This document shows positions 57,997-64,000 of a stretch of 64,000 nt of DNA, in pieces (the first letter of the stretch is position 1; each line of letters begins with the position of its first letter). The translations under genes were made by a program, and so were the position numbers. This DNA is from an uncultured Alphaproteobacteria bacterium. GTDB lineage: Bacteria > Pseudomonadota > Alphaproteobacteria > Rs-D84. Location: assembly GCA_934232895.1 (NCBI GenBank), contig CAKQGH010000002.1:15287-79286 (forward strand), in the 5' to 3' direction. Below the pieces are notes generated by a model that searched no databases, was not told the origin of the DNA, and saw only the letters and a program-made list of their open reading frames with translations.

Positions 57997-58117
57997 TTGC
58001 CGAAAAAAACGGTGGTTTATTTTCGACACAAAATAAAATTGACATCAGGCGGGAAACTGGGCAAAATTTTGGCATAAAAGTGCCGAATCGAAACCACCGT
58101 TTTTTTCGGCACTTTTT
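57997..58117 (-). promoter_or_regulatory. conserved attenuator-like 5' leader (copy B) upstream of the 705-aa Cys-rich gene
   Basis: The reverse complement aligns with 8131-8247: identical 20-nt 5' arm, 12-nt 'cggcacttttat', 22-nt 3' arm, and the same spacing to the RBS/ATG. Confidence 0.6.
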
Positions 58118-58274
58118 TATTCACATTTTCGCCCGGATTTCTGCGCCACTGCGCCGTTTTTTTAGGCAATTTTGTTTTCGCCTCAAACCCGCAGAAATCC
58201 GGGGGCCAAAATATTGACAAAATCATTGTGTTGTATTACAATTTAGTGTGTAAAACCAACCAAGGGGTACAATT

Positions 58275-58718
58275 ATGAATTTTAATAAAACCGTTAAATA
58301 TAACCTGAAACGCGTGTTGCCTATTTTGGGGATTGCGGGCGCAACATTGTTGCCGGCATGCCGTGGGGGGCAAAACGAACCAGAGCAAAAAACAGAGCCG
58401 GTTGTACAAAAACACGATACGACATTGTGGTTTTATTTTGAAAACTATGATGCAATTACCCCAGAAAAAGTAAACGAAAAATTATCCGATCCAGCTGTTG
58501 CAAATGTTTATCTAACGGTAGAAGGCACGGGATTTACACGTGGCGGTCCAGTATATATGGCGGCATTGCGGAATAAAAAATTAGAACCTGCTATCAATGT
58601 TGACTCTACCCGCGTTTTTGGGCGGGGCGATTTTATACTTTATCCAGGCCAGATACACCCCGAAGACAGTCTTTGGTTGGTATCCAAGGGTTGGACTATA
58701 AAACATAAACAACGGTAA
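58275..58718 (+). CDS. hypothetical lipoprotein
   Basis: Lipobox 'LLPAC'; RBS aagggg. Confidence 0.45.
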   Translation: MNFNKTVKYNLKRVLPILGIAGATLLPACRGGQNEPEQKTEPVVQKHDTTLWFYFENYDAITPEKVNEKLSDPAVANVYLTVEGTGFTRGGPVYMAALRNKKLEPAINVDSTRVFGRGDFILYPGQIHPEDSLWLVSKGWTIKHKQR

Positions 58719-58720
58719 TA

Positions 58721-58745
58721 AAAACGCCCCACGGGGCGTTTTTAT
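58721..58745 (+). terminator. rho-independent terminator
   Basis: aaaaacgccccacggggcgttttt. Confidence 0.7.
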
Positions 58746-58807
58746 TAGAGCATAGATAACAGAGCATAGAGAATAGATAGTGCGCCATCCGGCGCACTTG
58801 CCATGTT

Positions 58808-58978
58808 GTCATTCCTGCGTAGGCAGGAATAGGGGCTTGAAAATTGCTCTCGTTCGTTGTTGTACAATATTCAATAAAAATAGGTTGATACCAATATTAC
58901 CGTATTCCGCAATAGTCTGTGTTTGGCTCGTTGTCACTCGCATTGTATGGTCCCTATTCCTGCCTACGCAGGAATGAC
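58808..58978. mobile_element. MITE-like element copy 3
   Basis: Same TIRs; the interior is the reverse complement of the copy 2 interior. Confidence 0.8.
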
Positions 58979-59160
58979 AATTTTTTGGGAATTAGTGTTT
59001 CCTGTCATTACGAGCAGAACGTGGCAATCCAGAAAACGACACCCCGGCACTTCGTGCCACCCCGGCTTCCCGGCGGAAAACCTGGATTGTGCTTGTCGCG
59101 GTAAAATTTTTATTGTATTTTCTGGTGTGCGCACTACAATGGCAATGAATAATAACCCAG
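58979..59160. repeat. RPE-like unit cluster
   Basis: 'cctgtcattacgagcagaacgtggcaatccagaaaacgacaccccggcacttcgtgccaccccggcttcccggcgg'. Confidence 0.7.
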
Positions 59161-59170
59161 GGGGGCAAAT

Positions 59171-59713
59171 ATGTGGACAGCAATTGCGGTTGCATCGGTT
59201 TTAATTCTGTATTTCATTGCGGTATATAATGGTTTGGTCGCACGCAAAAACCAGGTGCGCGAGGCGTTTGCCACAATCGACACACAATTAAAACGCCGGT
59301 ATGATTTAATTCCAAACCTGGTGGAAACCGTGCGTGGGGCGGCGGCGCATGAACGCAAAACACTGGATGCCGTGGTGGCGGCACGCGCGTCGGCAATGAG
59401 TGCCACGGGTGATGCACGTGCGGCGGCTGAAAATCAATTGTCGGCCACATTGAAAAGCATTTTTGCGTTGTCTGAAAATTATCCGACACTGCGCGCGAAT
59501 GAAAATTTCTTGGAATTACAGCGCGAAATTACCGATACCGAAACGAAAATTCAGGCTGCGCGCCAATTCTATAATACTGTGGTTATGGGGTTGAACACAC
59601 AAATCGACCAATTCCCATCAAATATGGTCGCTCGCGCGTTTGGAATAACGCACGAAAAACTGTGTGAAATAGATGACGCACAACAACGCAACGCCCCGAC
59701 GGTAAAGTTCTGA
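59171..59713 (+). CDS. lemA: LemA-family protein
   Basis: N-terminal TM segment plus 'LVARKNQVREAFATIDTQLKRRYDLIPNLVE...NYPTLRANENF' LemA motifs. Confidence 0.8.
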   Translation: MWTAIAVASVLILYFIAVYNGLVARKNQVREAFATIDTQLKRRYDLIPNLVETVRGAAAHERKTLDAVVAARASAMSATGDARAAAENQLSATLKSIFALSENYPTLRANENFLELQREITDTETKIQAARQFYNTVVMGLNTQIDQFPSNMVARAFGITHEKLCEIDDAQQRNAPTVKF

Positions 59714-59728
59714 GGAATTATATCCACA

Positions 59729-60580
59729 ATGCAAGATTTCACACTGCACACACATACAATTGGGTTTGACGGCAAAAGTACATCGGCCGAAATGGTGGCG
59801 CGTGCACGTGAAATGGGATTTCGGGCGATTGGGGTGTCTAATCATTTCATTGTGCACCCGGACATTAAAAATACCAAAATGTATGAATATTCGGTGCGCG
59901 GTGGGTACAATGGTATGTATTCATCATCATTTGCCGAGGCCATTGATAAATTTGCCGCACACTATGCCGAATTGGACGCATTGGCAAAAAATTCAGATAT
60001 AAAAATTTATCGCGGGATGGAGGCTGATTTTTTCACATACCCCGAATGGCACGATGGTTTTCTGCGGGCGGTGGAAATATTGCGGCCCGATTATATAATT
60101 GGTTCGGCACATTTTGTGGCGGCGGGTGGCACACTGTGCAACACGCATGATGTGGCGAATGCCGCGCCGTGGTTGCGCGATGAAATGGTTGCCGAATATT
60201 GGCGCGGGGTCACGCGTGCGGCGGCGTCTGGCCTGTTTACATGGATGGCGCATTTGGATTTAATGAAAAAGGTCGGGCTGGGCATTGACGATAAATGGAT
60301 TCCATTTGAAACGGCGGCGTTGGATGCAATTGCGGCATCGCGTACCGCGATTGAAATAAATACCAGTTTTTATGAACGGGGCGATGCACCGTATCCGTCG
60401 GCACGCATTGTAAAAATGGCCGTCGAACGCAATATTCCCATCGTGTTCAGCGATGACGCGCACGAGGTTGCAAAAATAGGGCGCTTTTGGTCGCGCGGGG
60501 ATGCATTTGCGCGCGATTGTGGTGTGAAAAATTTCCTGACATTGCAGAAAATACTTGATTTTCGTGACAAAACACTATAA
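59729..60580 (+). CDS. PHP-domain phosphoesterase (histidinol-phosphatase HisJ family-like)
   Basis: 'LHTHT' N-terminal metal motif; PHP fold length. Confidence 0.65.
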   Translation: MQDFTLHTHTIGFDGKSTSAEMVARAREMGFRAIGVSNHFIVHPDIKNTKMYEYSVRGGYNGMYSSSFAEAIDKFAAHYAELDALAKNSDIKIYRGMEADFFTYPEWHDGFLRAVEILRPDYIIGSAHFVAAGGTLCNTHDVANAAPWLRDEMVAEYWRGVTRAAASGLFTWMAHLDLMKKVGLGIDDKWIPFETAALDAIAASRTAIEINTSFYERGDAPYPSARIVKMAVERNIPIVFSDDAHEVAKIGRFWSRGDAFARDCGVKNFLTLQKILDFRDKTL

Positions 60581-60696
60581 ACTGGGCGCGCTGGGTAATC
60601 AGAACTGATTACGGCGGCGGTGCTTTTTGGTCCCGCACGCGATAAGGAATCTGTGACAAACCTGGCACCTAAAAACCAAAAACAAAGGATAAAATT

Positions 60697-61329
60697 ATGG
60701 CAAGAGCAGGCGCGAAACGCAGCACTCGTAAATTGAAAATCGCCCGCAGTTTGGGCGTGAACCTGTGGGGCCAGGCAAAATCCCCATTTAACAAACGCAA
60801 ATACAAACCGGGCCAGCATGGACCAACATCGCGTGGTGGCAATTCGTCTGATTACGCAAAACAGATGCGCGCAAAACAGACACTGAAGGGCTATTATGGC
60901 AACATCGGCGAAAAGAAATTCCGTGCATATTACCTGGAAGCCGACAATATGAAGGGCGACACCCCAGAAAACTTGATTGGTTTGCTGGAACGCCGTTTGG
61001 ACGCGGTTGTATATCGTGCAAAATTGGCACCAACCGTTTTCTCGTCCCGTCAATTGATCAGCCACGGTCACATCTATGTCAATGGCAAACGCGTTAAAAT
61101 CGCATCGTACCAGGTAAAACCAGGCGATGTCATCACCGTCAGCGAAAAAGCAAAACAGATGCCGTTGGTTGTTTTGGCACTGGAATCGGCGGAACGCAAC
61201 TGGCCGGACTATGTCAATGTCGACAGCGCGAATTTCGCTGCGACATTTGTCCGTGTACCATCGTTCCAAGATGTTCCGTACCCGGTTCAGATGTTCCCAG
61301 AACTGGTCGTCGAATTCTATTCTCGTTAA
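60697..61329 (+). CDS. rpsD: 30S ribosomal protein S4
   Basis: 'KPGQHG', S4 RNA-binding domain '[35 protein letters not shown]'. Confidence 0.9.
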   Translation: MARAGAKRSTRKLKIARSLGVNLWGQAKSPFNKRKYKPGQHGPTSRGGNSSDYAKQMRAKQTLKGYYGNIGEKKFRAYYLEADNMKGDTPENLIGLLERRLDAVVYRAKLAPTVFSSRQLISHGHIYVNGKRVKIASYQVKPGDVITVSEKAKQMPLVVLALESAERNWPDYVNVDSANFAATFVRVPSFQDVPYPVQMFPELVVEFYSR

Positions 61330-61355
61330 TGGTAATAGGAATCGAAACAGATACG

Positions 61356-61385
61356 AAAAACGCGCCGTTTGGCGCGTTTTTAATT
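61356..61385 (+). terminator. rho-independent terminator
   Basis: aaaaacgcgccgtttggcgcgtttttaatttt. Confidence 0.7.
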
Positions 61386-61442
61386 TTGATTTTTTCGCAT
61401 AAATAATGTATCATTAATCACAATGAAATTATAAAGAGTATT

Positions 61443-62495
61443 ATGATGTCCAAAGATATTATTTTGACAGGAATTCGCCCAACGGGGCCGCTGCACATTG
61501 GCCACATGGTTGGTGCATTGATGCCGAATATTGCAATTCAAAATGCCGGCGGGTATGAAAAAATGTATGCCATGATTGCCGATGCCCAGGGCTTGACCGA
61601 CAACTTTGATGACCCGGCGCGTGTTCGCGAAAATGTTATGGAAATCACGCTGGATATGTTGGCGGCGGGTTATGACCCGACAAAAACGACCATGTTTATT
61701 CAGTCCGAGGTTTCAGAATTGACCGAACTGACATTTTATTACATGAACCTGGTGACGGTCGCGCGTCTGCAACGCAACCCGACGGTGAAAAACGAAATTG
61801 CACAAAAAGAAAAATTTAATGGTGGCGTTCCGGTTGGGTTCTTTACATATCCAATTTCCCAGGCGGCGGACATCACGGCGTTTGGCGCAAATATTGTGCC
61901 AGTGGGCGATGACCAATTGCCTATGTTAGAACAGGCGTCGGAAATCGTGCACAAATTTAACAGCATTTATGGTGATACTTTAACTATGCCGCGCGCGGTT
62001 GTTCCGCAATCTAAATCGGCGGCGCGCCTGCCGGGGACGGACGGTAATGCGAAAATGAGCAAATCGTTAAACAACGGCATTTACCTGAAAGATTCCGCAG
62101 ATGAAATCGCGGCCAAGGTCAAAACCATGTTCACCGATCCAAAACATATTCGTGTCACCGATCCCGGCAACACAACCGATAATCCGGTGTTCATATATTT
62201 GTCGGTATTTGCAAAACCGGAACACTTTGCCGCGTTTTTGCCAGAATATGCGAACTATGATGAATTGGCGGCGCATTATGAACGGGGCGGCCTGGGCGAT
62301 GTAAAGGTTAAAAAATTCCTGAACAGTGTGATGCAGGAAACATTGGGCCCAATTCGTGAACGCCGTGAACAATTGGCGCGTGACCCGGCATCGGTAATGG
62401 AAATTTTGCGCCGGGGCACAATTGACGCACGCACGGCGGCGGCCGAGACCGTCAAACGTGTCAAGGCGGCAATGAAATTAAACTATTTTGACTAG
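61443..62495 (+). CDS. trpS: tryptophan--tRNA ligase
   Basis: HIGH 'PTGPLHIGHMVGA', KMSKS 'KMSKS'. Confidence 0.9.
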   Translation: MMSKDIILTGIRPTGPLHIGHMVGALMPNIAIQNAGGYEKMYAMIADAQGLTDNFDDPARVRENVMEITLDMLAAGYDPTKTTMFIQSEVSELTELTFYYMNLVTVARLQRNPTVKNEIAQKEKFNGGVPVGFFTYPISQAADITAFGANIVPVGDDQLPMLEQASEIVHKFNSIYGDTLTMPRAVVPQSKSAARLPGTDGNAKMSKSLNNGIYLKDSADEIAAKVKTMFTDPKHIRVTDPGNTTDNPVFIYLSVFAKPEHFAAFLPEYANYDELAAHYERGGLGDVKVKKFLNSVMQETLGPIRERREQLARDPASVMEILRRGTIDARTAAAETVKRVKAAMKLNYFD

Positions 62496-62523
62496 GGATA
62501 AATAACAAAGGAAAGGAGAGAAA

Positions 62524-63264
62524 ATGAGAAAATCGTTAGTATGGACGGGCAGTGTAATCGGCGTTGGTGCCGTGTTGGCACTGGTCACCGGTTGGTTGGA
62601 ACAGCCGCGTGATATTCGCACCATTTCGGTGTCGGGCGAATGTTTAACCACTGCGCCAAAGGATCGGACCGCAATCACATTGCGCGTGACGACTTTGGAC
62701 AAATCGGCCGCTGTATCGATGAAACAGGCCACCGCAAAAATTACCGAAATCACAGAATACCTGAAAACGCAAGATGTAAAAATGCAGACCACAGATTTCA
62801 ATTCGTATGAAAAAACCGAATGGAATCGCGAATTGCAGAAATCGGAAAAACTGGGCATCGAAACATCCATCGCAGTCGAGGTTTCGACCGACAACATCGA
62901 CACAATTGAAAAAATATTGACCCAATTTGCGGGGCAACCGAATGTTTATTCGGAAAATCTGCGTATGTATACCAGCACAGAAACATTAAAACCAATTATG
63001 GAAAAATGTTTGGGCACGGCGGTTGAAAACGCGCGCGTTCGTGCGGACGCATTGGCATCGGGCGACAAACGCCACGCTGGCAAAATGTTGGCGGTATCGT
63101 ATGACACATCAACACGCAGTTCGTACCAGCCGTTGGCGTCTAATTTCCTGCGCGCCAGTGCAAAAATGGAATCGGCGGATGCCGGCGCATACGTTGGTGG
63201 CGGTCTGGTCGCCAAGGATACCGAGGTTTCGGTCACCGTATCTGCAACATTTGAAATCAGATAA
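62524..63264 (+). CDS. SIMPL-domain (DUF541) periplasmic protein
   Basis: Signal/TM anchor; SIMPL-like length and pattern; strong RBS aaaggaaaggagag. Confidence 0.7.
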   Translation: MRKSLVWTGSVIGVGAVLALVTGWLEQPRDIRTISVSGECLTTAPKDRTAITLRVTTLDKSAAVSMKQATAKITEITEYLKTQDVKMQTTDFNSYEKTEWNRELQKSEKLGIETSIAVEVSTDNIDTIEKILTQFAGQPNVYSENLRMYTSTETLKPIMEKCLGTAVENARVRADALASGDKRHAGKMLAVSYDTSTRSSYQPLASNFLRASAKMESADAGAYVGGGLVAKDTEVSVTVSATFEIR

Positions 63265-63303
63265 ATATGAAAGTGTGTCCGCAAATGCGGACACAAATCA
63301 ATC

Positions 63304-64000
63304 ATGAACGAAATAGTTGCCGAATTTATTGAATATTTAACGAATACGAAAAACTATTCGTCACATACCGCCACAGCATACAAAACGGACATTTACGATT
63401 TTATAAAATTCTGGGATAACTATGCCGGCGGTGTGGCGGGCATTTCCGATATGGCGCGCGCCGACACATTGTGTTTTCGCGCGTGGTTGGCGGACAGGGC
63501 GCGGCGCAACCTGGCACATAAATCGACGGCGCGGGCACTGTCGTCGTTGCGCGGTTTCTATAAATATTTGGCAAAACATCATGGCATAAAAAACAACGCA
63601 ATAGGTTTGATTTCTTCGCCCAAGGTTCCACGTAAATTGTCCAAGGCGATTGACGTCGCCGATGTTGAACACATGCATGACGCCATTCGAAATATTGATG
63701 AAAATGACCCATGGATAGCCGCGCGTGATTGGGCACTGGTGGTGTTGATATTTGGGTGTGGCCTGCGTATATCCGAGGCATTATCCCTGACCAACGCCGA
63801 TGTGCGCACGCATCCGGATGTTTTACGCATAATGGGCAAGGGCGCCAAGGAACGCATAGTCCCCGTTTTGCCCGCGGTGTGGGATGCAATCGACAAATAT
63901 ACATCGGTGCGTCCGTTTGGTGGCGCGCCGGACGACCCGCTGTTTCGCAGTGTGCGCGGTTTGCCCATGTCGCCGCGTATGGCGGAAAAGGTTATCGAAC
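63304..64000 (+). CDS. tyrosine site-specific recombinase, XerC/XerD family (3' end beyond the window)
   Basis: N-terminal SAM-like 'FIEYLTNTKNYSSHTATAYKTDIYDF', 'RDWALVVLIFGCGLRISEALSL', 'RIMGKGAKERIVPV'. Confidence 0.75.
   Translation, partial: MNEIVAEFIEYLTNTKNYSSHTATAYKTDIYDFIKFWDNYAGGVAGISDMARADTLCFRAWLADRARRNLAHKSTARALSSLRGFYKYLAKHHGIKNNAIGLISSPKVPRKLSKAIDVADVEHMHDAIRNIDENDPWIAARDWALVVLIFGCGLRISEALSLTNADVRTHPDVLRIMGKGAKERIVPVLPAVWDAIDKYTSVRPFGGAPDDPLFRSVRGLPMSPRMAEKVIE

Overview
This 64 kb window looks like part of an alphaproteobacterial genome, probably a Rickettsiales- or Holosporales-like endosymbiont. That placement is inferred from gene content and repeat biology only. Conserved housekeeping genes alternate with accessory islands. 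The housekeeping genes are ctpA, a pyruvate:ferredoxin oxidoreductase, bamE, a CarD-like regulator, groES-groEL, a HIT protein, a LOG protein, tilS-ftsH, prmC, an M23 peptidase, tdk, htpX, rlpA, murJ, bamD, era, queA, tgt, lysS, csp, lemA, rpsD, trpS, a xer-like recombinase, and tRNA-Arg(ACG) and tRNA-Gly(GCC). Intergenic DNA is packed with short Rickettsia-RPE-like palindromic units. At least one unit is inserted in-frame in queA. There are also three copies of a ~170 bp MITE-like element. Candidate novel systems are listed below.
- A ~2.9 kb cassette at 42265-45523 is bounded by ~185 bp inverted repeats. It carries a Hin/Gin-like serine recombinase, a YadA-type trimeric autotransporter adhesin with three perfect 66 bp repeats, and hix-like perfect palindromes. 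This looks like a candidate phase-variation switch.
- An expanded family of secreted cysteine-rich (CXXC) proteins has at least 4-5 members. Two members share a near-identical ~115 bp attenuator-like leader.
- A DUF559 (Vsr-like endonuclease) domain plus an RPE unit is inserted in-frame into queA.
- An AT-rich island of fused glycosyltransferases lies next to tRNA-Gly.
- There is a tandem pair of nucleotidyltransferase-fold paralogs.
- A seven-gene outer-membrane efflux operon (hlyD, two ABC ATPases, two ABC-2 permeases, tolC-like) is present.
CDS coordinates include the stop codon.
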